A DNA stretch of 62,981 nt, filler included, from Hyphochytrium catenoides (Eukaryota > Protista > Hyphochytriomycota), in NCBI GenBank assembly GCA_900088475.1. It is 4 parts of 4 records of this genome, joined end to end, with 100 filler letters (N's around TTAATTAATTAA, not from the genome) between each part and the next. Parts side by side here need not be neighbours in the genome. Positions count along the whole stretch, not along the records: positions 36,387 to 62,981 come from FLMG01003611.1; 3 more parts are not named here. One strand, written 5' to 3'. A program made the translations under genes and the position numbers. The number at the start of each line of letters is the position of its first letter. Within the stretch, counting starts at the first letter, position 1. The notes under the pieces are model-generated. The model was not told where the DNA came from. It made no database searches and saw only the letters and a list, made by a program, of their open reading frames with translations. Below, piece by piece: positions 36,387 through 47,665 of the stretch.

Positions 36387-39300
36387 GCTTTGCGCAAGCA
36401 GGTTGAATACTATTTTTCGCGCGAGAACCTGTCAAATGACACATTCCTTGTCTCCCAGATGAACTCTCAAATGTACGATGCCTCTCAAATTTTAACCTCC
36501 ACAGCTATGTCTTCTATTCTTGCTGCCGTCAGGGCCTACGATCCCTCTTGTGTCACTTTCGTCTTGTTATTCTCAGTCTCTTTGCTGACTGGCTTATCTG
36601 GTTGTGATTAGGTATGTTCCCTTATCGGTCCTCGCGGGCTTTCAAAAGGTCAAAGCACTGACGGATGATACCAAGCTTATTGCTGAGTCCATCCGGAACT
36701 CTAAGGTCAGTACATGCGTCTATACTCTGCCCTGTTTCCCCCCTTGGGCGGACGAGCCATTCCGTTTGCTGAGGGCACAAGCAGGGCTAGATCCCTCCGC
36801 TAATCTCTTTCCTGTCCCTTCATCCTAGGCATGATTGACAAGCACTCTTTTCACCCCTGGACTTCTTTTCCCCCTAGACTTCTTAATCTAAGGACGCCCA
36901 TCTTCCTTCTCATTCCGGCTCTTACTTTCTCCCTTGCAATTCAGGTTTGCAGTCTAAATGACGATGAGACAGCTGTAAAGCCTAACATCAAGAGCGAGAG
37001 GAATACTATCATTTTAAGAGAGATTCCATCCGATACGGCCGAAGAAGAAGTCAGAGCCATTTTTGAAGGATGTGGAGACCTTATTAATGTTCGGAGTGAC
37101 GTCGGCGACACATGGTAATAACACATGTTCGATGACGCGACTGGAATAGAATTGAGGACACTCTGGAACTGAAAGGGTAGATACAAGAGAGAGAGAGAGG
37201 GGTTCTGGATCTCCATGTGCTATATATGCATGGTTGTGACTTCCGCTGTCAGAGAGGCTTCATGTCTCTCTCTGAAGCAGCTGGCTCACAATATAGCCTT
37301 GCAAGAGTGATTTTCTCTTTGAGCGGCACGCTTCTCTTACTCCATGGTTAGCGTGTTGACATACTTGGAGGAACAAACTCTCTTTTTATTCTGTCCACTT
37401 TTCCTATAACGTCCTGGCTTAACTTATCTCTTCCCTTAGGTTCGTGACAGTGGGCACAGAGGAAGTGGCTGTGGATATCCTGCTTAAGTTGCGGGAGAGG
37501 TCATTCCGTGGGAAACCAATCAAGGCGCGCCTGAAGTCGGAGAACATACTCCGCTCCTTTTACCCGATCCCGACCACAGAGGGTGAGACTCCAATGCTTC
37601 CCTATCTTCTGTTTGTTGGTGTTCTTTCTCTTTTTGATTTTCTGTTTACAATTGGAAAGCTCTTGCATTCGCATCCAAGAAGTCTCTAGTGCCCGACGTC
37701 GCGCTAAGAGTTGCTACTGTACCTGTGCCGGTTCTGGTCTCTCTTTCCTAACCTATTGTACCTCTTTCGTTGTGCTCATCGTCCTCCATTAGTGGCACCG
37801 TCTGCTTTCGTTGGGGTGAATCCTGCTCCATATTACGTGCAACCTATGACCTGGGGAGCGCCGCCGGCACAGTATGGGGGAATATCTCAGACAGGCGGTT
37901 ATATGATGAACCCTCAAGGAGGAGCAAGACAATACCGTAACCAGCAGGGAGGGAGCTTTGGCGCGAGTAACGGAGAGAGGTTTCAGGGTAGAAGGGAGAG
38001 AGGAGGAAGAGGTGGCAGCAGACCGAGCCAATCTGCGGCCCAACCTCAGAGCCACGGGACACATAGCCAGCAAGGCCCTAAGGAAGCTCGAAAAGGTGAG
38101 TTGACATGGATGGGTATAGACCTTGAAGAAGGGGATGGAACATCATCGTGGGAAGACTTTAATCCTGCGCTTGTGATGGAGCCCATAAAGATCCGGGCAC
38201 AATTGTGTTGGCTGTTTGGGAAGGATAGACCTGTAGCTTATGGAAAGTCTTCGTCTTACTCTCTCCATTTCTTTCAGGTCCCGCTGGCACCCCTCACTTG
38301 CCCGCCGATCGGGCAGCACAACGTAAACCCAAGGACAAAAAGCCAACGAAACCCGAGAGGAAGGATAAACAGCCTATTCTGAACGCAGCCAACTTTCCTC
38401 CACTTCCGACCTCTCATGAGACAAAATCCTCAGATTTCACAGGTCCTGGCTATTCAGGACCGTTTCAGAAGTATCTGCACGATGAAGTTATGGAAATTGT
38501 CAAGCACATGGACGACCAGGACTGCACACTGCCGGCAGACGCCGTTGACTTGGCACAGCATTCTCTTGTTCTGAACGAAGTAGCTCACCCGGAACTGCTC
38601 AGGAATCAGCGAACGTACAGTATTGACCAGGCAAGAGAGGCAATGAGACAGGGACGACCTATTAGGAGTGACTCTGTAGGCTCTGCCGATTACGAGAGTA
38701 TGATGTATGGCGAGGAGTATACGAAGGAAGCACGGCAGTTGAGAGAAACCAGAAAGCAAGCTGCCATCCAAAGCTCAAGTACAAGTCACGTGACCCACAT
38801 CCCTGCGGCGGTAGTCAAATCTGAGCCGCCTACATCTCCCTCAAGGAAGACAGGGTCTACTTCAGGGGCTGCTTCGCCTGCAGCAGCAGCAGGCACAGCC
38901 AGCCCGGTTGAGGCTGCCACTGCTCAGACTGGAGCCATAAGTGAGGCTGCAGCAGCTCCTAGCACCGAAGAGACGTCTGCACAAAAGGAACAGCCCAAAC
39001 CGGCACTGAAAAAAGGAGGGTACGCAGCTGCTCTGCTTGCCAATAGCGGAGCCCCGCCTCCAGTACAGGCTCAACGGCCAAAAGTAGTGACTGCACCAGC
39101 CACCAAGAAGGATGACCGAGCAGGAAAAGGAAAGCCTACCAAGGCCCATGCAGGACACCATGGAGGGCACAAGAAGTCTACCAAGCCGGATGGGAAACCT
39201 CATCACAAAAAGGTGGGGAATCTTAGCCCTTTGTTCTATCCTTCAGCAACAGTAGGGATGGGCCGGGATGGAAAGATGCTGGAAGGCAGCAAGAGAGACA

Positions 39301-40070
39301 GAGCTCACTCCACGGGGTGATAAGGCACATAGAAAAGAGGGATGAAGACAAACTGCTGATGCTCGACGCTTCGCTTTGGGAGTATCAACACGTATTCATA
39401 CTGCCTGACCTCTTGCCTTCGAGTTACAAAAGAAGGGAGCACAGCTCAAGTGCTGAAGGCACTTAGAATGGTAGCACGGTACATTGGTTCTCTACTAAAT
39501 TTTTACTGCTCCAGGGACCAAGTGAGAGGAAGGCAGCCGAAGATGGAGGAGCCTCTCCTCCACCTCAGAGTGAGGGACCAAAGGAGACGTCAGGAGGCGA
39601 GGAAAAGGAAGCCAACAAGGGGCAGGAAAACGTTAATGCCGAAGCGGCAGAGCCCAAAGCCGCAGTTGCTTGGGGTGGAAAGCGCTCCTTCCTTGACGTA
39701 CGAACTTAGATGATGATGCATGCTCAAATACCGCTGGGGGCTGATGCTGTCCCGCCTTTTTCCCTTTTGCTCCTGGTAGGTCCTAAAGACGAGTGCACCA
39801 GCAGTTGCGCAATCTCCTACTGGTGCTGGTCCGGGCAACGTGACTCCTTCATCTTCCAGGGCCCCTAGGGAGCCTACCAAGTCTCCGAGGCGGGAAAGAG
39901 GGGAAGTAAGGAACAACCGCCGGTCTACGTCGCGAGACGGCCGCCGGAGTCTTGAGAGAGAAGGCGGCAAGAGGCCCGAGCGCATGGATCGTCGGGGGGA
40001 ACGGACGTCTTCCCCAAGGCTAGAACGGAGGCCGAAGAGCCCCAGGGCACACACGCCAAGAATGGAATAA
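36387..40070 (+). CDS. La-related protein 4-like (La motif + RRM, low-complexity tail), 5'-partial, multi-exon
   Basis: LRKQVEYYFSRENLSNDTFLVSQM (La motif), NTIILREIPSDTAEEEVRAIF...SDVGDTWFVT...FRGKPIKARLK (LARP4-type RRM), LNAANFPPL motif. Confidence 0.88.
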
Positions 40071-40862
40071 TTCTGGCCGGTATGTGCTCCTGTTCTTCAG
40101 GAGAGCGGCTGCTAGGTCTTTCGCTAATCCTCTTGCTTCTTGTACTGCTGGCTGAACCGTTTGCTCCCTTGCACCTCTTTGACCTGTAGGTGACTCTCAC
40201 CAATGTATATATTCGCGCCTGCTGTGGTGAGGGAGGGCCCTTCTATGATGCGCCAGATGGCAGGCGGAGAGGGAATAGAAGAGCTTTCTCACTTTGGCGG
40301 CGCACATTTAGCTGTTAGGTGCTGGGGTCATGCTGAACCAGTAGGTGGCGATATCTGGGTCAATCGAGACTGGAAGAAAGGGTGAACATGAGGATGTTTG
40401 CCCTTCTTCTTCTTTTCCTTGATCCCACTCTTTTGGAAGATGAAGACCCCTATCTTCGACCTCGTGACGTCTCAAGCAGAGCGTGAGAAGTGGCGGCGAA
40501 GAACTATGATGAGAACCAAGAAAAAAAGCAAGAAAAAGCAGAAAACCAAAGAAAAAGAAAGAAAAAGTTATTAATATCCGATTGAAAGACAGGGCATCCA
40601 TAAAGGTGCAGGGTGCGACGGCAAAGAAGGAGGCAACTTTATGAATTGAGCGAGTCAGGGGAGCGAGGATCTACCTCTACCTCTTGATGATGTCCTCTGC
40701 TGGGCAGAGACATCTTCTCACGGCCATGCTCCCTGCTTGCTGGGGAAGAGCCTGCCTAATAAAATTTTAGGACTTGTGTTAACTCTGTGCCAAAGGCTAT
40801 TATTTACCACCTCGAACAGTTTGCACTCTTTTATTCATTAATGGTGAAGATTAGGTCAACGG

Positions 40863-43476
40863 ATGTGTGGAGACCGAGGCGGCGGCGGCGATAGGCGCTC
40901 TGCTCTGTCAAGAGGAGCCGCAATCATCCGCCGACTTATTATAAAAAGGCAAGGCAAACATCAACACTCCTCGTCAAAATGATGCAGCTCTTCAGAACTC
41001 CCCCGGGTGCTTAGGACACTTGGAGTCTTGGAGCTCATCATCTCATCGGATCAGAAGGAGGTCAAAGCGCTGTCAGCTCTATTGGCTTCGCAGCGGCATC
41101 CTCAGCTCGCTTCATCTGTCACTAGACGAGTGACCGAAGAGAAGCAGCGAACACGAGGCGGGCTTGACCTCTAGTTAGATAGCTCCGAGCCGACATCGCA
41201 TCAAGAGATTTGCCGTTCATTTGCAGTCCATTAACAGTTCGTGCACTGTGCAGCAACTGCTTCTATCTGAGCTTCATGCGCTATGCACAGCTAGAGGCCA
41301 TAGAGCGGTAGAGATCTTCGTTTGTCCCATCAGAACTGGTAGTAGTGGGAAATATGTCGTGGCTCAACAGATTAATAGCCCGCGGTATGATGCGGTCAAT
41401 CGACCTCTCCTCTCCTCGAGGGCTCCAGGTCAGCCAGGGAATGCTTGCTTCCTCACCTTGGACCCTCACTAAACGATGCATGTTCGTTGGCTAGGAGGAG
41501 AAAGACACGCTCCGCCTGTGGATGCTCTTGCATCTCCGACAGAAGCTGATAGAGGAAGGCCACAAAGGGCACCAGGCAATGCCCAGGTCAGCGACTGTGG
41601 CCATTATTACTTCTCTCCTGTGGCTTCGCTGGCCCCATTTGATTTGCTACGTTGACACCCATTAAACTGCAGGGAGGTTCTTTCTGGTGCGGTAGAGGAG
41701 GTGTGGGGAAGCTTGAAGCCCCCCGATATTTATGATCAACAGATCTTCATTCAGCAGCAGCAGAACAAGCAGGTGAAGTCCAGACCGTAAAGCTGCCTTG
41801 GACCTACTGATTGCACTTTTATGCTCTCTCTTTCTTCTTTTTTATGTATACCCTGCGGGCCATTAAGTTTTCTTCTTTCTCAACGTCTCCCTTTCCTCAG
41901 GTGATTCAGCTCCTTGATGCCACCAGTCGCATCTGGGACCTGCTACAGCAACGCAGGGCTTATGAGTTGCGTTCTCCCGATAAAGTCGTCCGCTACGCGT
42001 CAGTATTCAGGGCCACAGAAAATAAGGTCAGCTACTTCTGAAATCAACAGCTCAACTGCTAAGAGAAGAAAAGAGGGCAATCAGAGCGTAGGGAACGGTT
42101 CATCGACCTCAGACGCTTCAGACTTTTTGCTAACGCTCTTGATGGCCTCAGGTGCAGTCCGTGCTGACGGATGCGGTCGGTTTCAGCCTCAGCGTAGAAA
42201 AATCTTCAGACCCGCTCGCAGGTCAAGGGGTCTTTCTGAGAGGCAGAGCACTCCCTGGGACAGTGGTGGTAAGCATGGAATCAAGAGAAGAGCGATGGGA
42301 GAAGGGGTCCGTGGAGTGGAGTCGCACTAAGTGAACACTGTGTCAAAAAAAAAAAGAAAACGTAGTCAGACCAAAGGTGGACGTGTGGCGGACAAGGCTA
42401 GAGTGGCGGCTAGGATAGGTGACGATGGCCGGAGGAGGTGACGATGGCCGGAGGGGGTGACGAGAGGGTGGGAAATGCCTTGCTTTATGTGCTGCAGGTT
42501 GTACGACCGTCCAAGACCACATAGAACCTGAGTAGAGCTCATGACCGTTGAACCATATTACGTCTAGGCGCTGTATCCGGGTACTGTCTTTATGCCAGCA
42601 CTTCTAAAAGACCCAGAAGTGCAAAAGCACCTCACAAGAAATGAGGAGAGGAAGATGTGGCTCGCTCTTCGCTATGACAACGTCATCATAGATGCAGAGC
42701 CAGTAGGTAGGGAGCTGAGAGTGAAGAAGCAGTAGTGTGACAGCTACCTTCGACAGATCCATCCTCTTGACACCTTAACCGTTGGTTGCCCTTCTTTTGT
42801 TCTTGAAGCACCCCCAAGGCCTCTTCCCCTCAACCCTTTCGCGTATGGGCACATGATCAACCACCCACCGAAAGGGGGCGTGGCAAATGTCATGAGCTTT
42901 GCTTATGACTTTCCTTTGCTGAAGCATTCAGGTGAAGGCTATTTATGCTCTTCTCTTCTTCTACCACTTCACTGCATGATTACAGTCTCTGATGCAGGTG
43001 GCCTTCCTCGAGCAAAGTGGCCTTCCTCGAGCAAAGCCCCTCGATCTTCTTCTGGTTGACTGTTAGTCCCGGACAATTGCTCTTTTCTCTTCGCTCGACC
43101 GGAATCTAACCTAACTCCATTCAGCCTTGGAACCCGAAGACGAGCTGACTCGCTTTCCGGATAAGTACGAAAGTTTGATACCTAATGAGTATCTTGAGCG
43201 TCCAAGGATAGACAGAGACATCACCATGCGCTCTATAGCGCTCATTGCCACAGAAGAGATAGAGAACGAGGAGCTACTTTTGAACTACAGGTGAGGAACC
43301 GAATGCGAAGGCCACAGAATATATATTACAACGTCTGTGTGGGAGAGAAGAAGATAATCCGTCAGAGTTTGCTTGGTTTCTGACTGTAAACTCTGTAAAG
43401 GCTCAACCCAAAGCTTCAGCGACCCGACTGGTACCATCCAGTAGATGCCGAGGAGGAGAATGCCCGGTGGGGATGA
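40863..43476 (+). CDS. SET-domain protein, SETD9-like, multi-exon; 5' end tentative
   Basis: GFSLSVEKSSDPLAGQGVFLRGRALPGTVV-ALYPG, NPFAYGHMINHPP, MRSIALIATEEIENEELLLNYR-LNP..RPDWYHPVD..E..RWG* (TGA 43474-43476). Confidence 0.8.
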
Positions 43477-43608
43477 GGAGGTAGCAATATACTGCCAGAC
43501 AGTGCTGCCGGATAGTGGGACCACTTAAGCTTGATGGCAACAGGCTTCCCCGTGATTGCTTCCGAAGTGTTTACATCACTCATCGCGCTGCCGCGGGGTT
43601 TCCCCCAA

Positions 43609-46600
43609 TCAGAGTCTCGAGCGAGGGTGACGGTAGCTTCTCATCTCATCCTGGAGGGAAGTCATAACCAGGTCTTCGATGCTGTGGATACCATATCTAA
43701 TAGCACAGCGCAGACGAAGGCGACAATGTGGGTTAGCTGGGGTAGATAAGCGACAGCTTCCAGCAAGAAGGCCGGGCCCTACTAACGTGATAAAAGACAC
43801 GGCAGGAAATGCCGTAAGGGGAGAGAAAAGCGAGATGGAGAGGCTTAAGCACTGACATCATGGGAAGCTGTGAAGACACACGAGACACGTCTATAGAACA
43901 AGGAGATATAGATAAATAACGTGGCATCTGCCTTTGAAGTTCAACACAGAGGTCCGTACTTGTAAGGTGTGCCGGTTAGGTGGAGAGTCGCTGGGTTCAG
44001 TTGACTGTCCTCCTTCAGGAACGTTACACCCATGAACTGTTCACCAGGACGGAAGTTTAAAAAGACAGCGGAAGGTTAAAAAGACAAAAGCGTTGTAGGC
44101 TGAATGGCGAACTTAAGTGGAGGGAAGAACCCAGCAGAAAGCTTCTGCGCAATTCAACGATAGTCGCGTCACGGTCAACGGAGGGAGGGACATTCGATAG
44201 AGAGGAGTGTGTGTACTACCTGTTGGTGCCAGCGAATCATGAAGTCAATCCGTGGGGTTGGGAAGTTTCCCAGGAGTTCTGCCATAGACTTCAATATGCA
44301 CAGGCCAAATGGGATATCTTCCCAGAACAAGCTAAGGCCAAGGGCACGAGTGAAGGGATACAAGAAGAGTGTTTTAAATAGGCAGACATAGGCGAACCGA
44401 AGGGCCGACGAGCGGGGTGCTTGGATCTCAACGTCTTAGTTAAGAACAGATTCAGAAGAATAGAGAGAGGACAGGCCATCACGACATGAGAGGATGGCTC
44501 TGTATTAAGCTTGAGGTTCTCGCCTTACCGTGAATCGACGTTAGGGATAAACTGTCCCGGACTAACTTCCACAAGTGGAGTCGCACAGCCCGCATACCCC
44601 AGGTTCGTGGCAAAGATCGAGCGAAGAGAGGACCTAGGTTTGCGAATTTGTGATGTAGGAAGAAGGAATAACATGTCAGTTCCAAGAAATAGTTTAGCAG
44701 TAAATTATCTGCCCTTACACGTCCTTGACGTCCTCGCCATAATGCTTGATGACCCTCTCTCCTAAAGGGAGTACGTCCGAAAGGTCTAATGCTGGGAACC
44801 GCTAAGAAATGAACCAGCATAATGGGGACAAGAGAAAAAATGGACTAAAATCAGAATCATTACTTGACACTTCTGTTCAAGCTGGTCTTTAACCTGAAGC
44901 AGCGCATCCTTCACTTGCTGCAGCTCATTATCCAGCATTGCCATCTGCTCAGCGGAAAATTCATCCATGTCGGCGTCTAGTAAGTAACAGAGAGTAAGTA
45001 GGACGACGGAAGAGGAGAGGGAGGGCATAGATGTCCTACTCACAAAGAGTCATTCCTTTTCTCCTCTTGAGCTCCTCTAAGGTGTACGACTTCTTTCCGT
45101 CCCAATCTCTGAAGATCCCATAGTACCTTCCGGGATGGATGATTTGGTTGGAAGGGGTTAGAGTGAGAGACAGAAAGTTCGGGACATTAGCGGTCGGGAT
45201 ATCAAAGAGTTCTTCCATCAGCCGTGCAGCCTCTTCCTTCTTTTGGAGGGGATAGCACGCAACATAGAGAGACTTCTTCGGACCAATAATGCGGACTTCG
45301 TGCCTTGGAGCAGAGAGTAGCGATTAAGTAGTTTAGACAGGGTAGGTGAGCTCTTGTGAAGATACGTTAAGGTCCAACAGAGAGGAGTCTGCGATGTCAA
45401 GTGCCACAACGTAGATGGAAAGAAATTATGAACGGCAGCAACAAACAGAGAGTTACACGGAGTGTGAGGCATAGAGTTGCAGAACGAGGAGAAGCTCTTG
45501 GGAAGTACCACTCTTACCCATATTTTATAATCTTGCAGATCCATGGGATATTTTGCAGTCCAAAGATCTACGGAGCCACCAGTTAGTTCTCCCTCCTTGT
45601 TATATGTACCGTCTATTCTTGGAACGGAATTCTAGAGATAAGGGGCGGCGACGACGACAAAGGCACATAGACAAAAGCAAGGCAGTTGGACAAGGAAGAG
45701 CTTACGAACCCAATCACTGCCACCAATGTACACGCCAGAAGTGCCTAAGATATGGATGATATGTAACTCAGATAACGAGAGGGCAGACGGTGATGGAATG
45801 AAAGGAAGAAAGACGAGCCGATTGGCTCACTTTAAGATAGAAGCGTTTTCTCACCATTCCACAATTGTCCATCTTCTCGCCCAGATGAGTTTTGGCGGCC
45901 CAATCAAAGCCTCCTTGCCCATACAGCGCACCTACCGCAGCGCCTTCATCAACATAGGGCTTTATCCGCTCTAACAGTGCTGGATGGGCATTTGCAGGCG
46001 CCGCGATGATAATGACGCGGCTCTTTGGAATGACCGTAGCCGGATTCTTGCTAACAGTTTGCAGTCTGCCAAAAAAGGTGCCCCGACCGGACCAGCTGCT
46101 GCCAGCAGTGATGACTTTCATCTGCTCTGCCCATTGGCTGGGTTTCCTGTAAGTGGACGGGAGGAAGAGAGGAAAGGATTAGAGGGAAAAGACTTCGTCA
46201 GGGGTCATGGGCAGCAGTAAGGGAAAGTGAAGGTTTTTAGTGAGGCAAACAAGCACTCCTGAATTGCGTATGAGAGGCTGGTCGAGAGTGGAATGGCGGC
46301 GGCAGAGCAGAGAAAGGGACAAGAGGTAAGGAGACCTGGCTTTGTCTTCGCAAACGACTGACGAACCTGGTGAGAACATTGACCTTGATGCCCTTGTGTG
46401 CCAGGTAACCGGCCGCCACGTGAGCTCCATTTCCTCCTCCACAAATGCAGACCTAAGCGCAAAAGTGTTAGAAGGTTCGTTGATAAGCTTCAGCTACGAC
46501 AGAGAGAGGAAGAGGAACGTATTCAAAGAGAATCGCAGGACGTCGAGAGTAGAGGTATAGGCTGAGACCTGTAAGTCCTTGTCATGAAAGAGCGTTCTCT

Positions 46601-46637
46601 TCATAAGGCTTTCGGCTTCAGCTACCGAGAGCGTCAT
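43609..46637 (-). CDS. NAD-dependent opine (octopine/tauropine-type) dehydrogenase with C-terminal PTS1 (SRL), multi-exon
   Basis: VCICGGGNGAHVAAG Rossmann motif, VGALYGQGGFDW, LTLTPSNQIIHPGRYYGIFRDWDG, LFWEDIPFGLCILKSMAELLGNFPTPRIDFMIRWHQ; the last exon ends ...YRHPRSRL*. Confidence 0.9.
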
Positions 46638-46870
46638 GGTAAACCAGAGAGATAAAGGCTCACGCCTCGACAGTCAGTTATGCCAGGGACTACCGCGAGC
46701 CTCAATCGTCAGCAGAATGGCTGAAATTGATCCTGAAGCTGCGATGAGATCAACCTCCTTCTCCTCTTCACAGAATGATGCCGTCAGCGCCCCCCTTCTT
46801 GTCTATGTGCCTGACTCTCCAGCCACTGGTCGCCTCGCCCTCACTCACTGTCCAAGGTATCTCTCTTCCT

Positions 46871-46872
<2 letters not shown>

Positions 46873-46901
<29 letters not shown>
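46873..46901. repeat. (CT)n microsatellite upstream of the opine dehydrogenase
   Basis: tctctctctctctctctctctctct run. Confidence 0.9.
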
Positions 46902-46905
<4 letters not shown>

Positions 46906-47665
46906 GCCAGACAGCAAGCTATGGGCGAGTGCACCTCCTCTCTAAGGCTGATGATCAGGCGTTAGAGCAGATGATCGATCGGATCTGAGCGGGCCGCGGA
47001 TGATGGTGATGCCGCCCACCTCGCGATCTTAGCAGCTTAGCTACTACTACTGCACTTATCACATTGGTTTATTATGTGATACCTGGAGTATTGTTATTGG
47101 CATCATCCTGTCAGAGAGTTATCTCGAGACAGAGCGTTACACTAGCAGTACGCTCATCCTTACTATCGGTGATATTACTACGTCCTATTCGTGACCTTGA
47201 GCCCATATGGTAGGAGCATTCCCAATATTGGCCATTGGCGAAACGGTATGACAATGGAATCAGCGCCGAGATCACCATCGTAGGAAGAGAGAGGTGAATG
47301 GAGGAAGGAGCAGGGAAGAGAAGAACAGAGATGGCTATAGGAGCAACAGAGCAGTGAACCTCGGGGAGCAACGAAGAAGTAGTGGGCGCTAGAAGCAAGC
47401 GAACAGCGTAGCCAAGAGGAGGAGAGAGAGAAAGGATTGGGCACATATATATATAGAGAGAGAGACCAATAGAGTTCACCGAGAAAGAGGAAGACTCGGA
47501 AGAGGGATAGATGGAAGATGTGATTGGCCAGCAGCAGAGCACTCCTCGTCCTCTCTAGGGAACAGAAGCTAACAGCGCCCCATCTCCTTCCATGGCTCAC
47601 TACTCGAATAAGAATGACAATGCATCGGTCTAAGAAGACTATTTATTGGTGTTGAGCAAGGTGAC

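Noticed and set aside
47111-47600. 140-aa minus-strand ORFs downstream of CTR9
   Set aside because: By-product of CT-rich low-complexity sequence, probably the CTR9 3' UTR.
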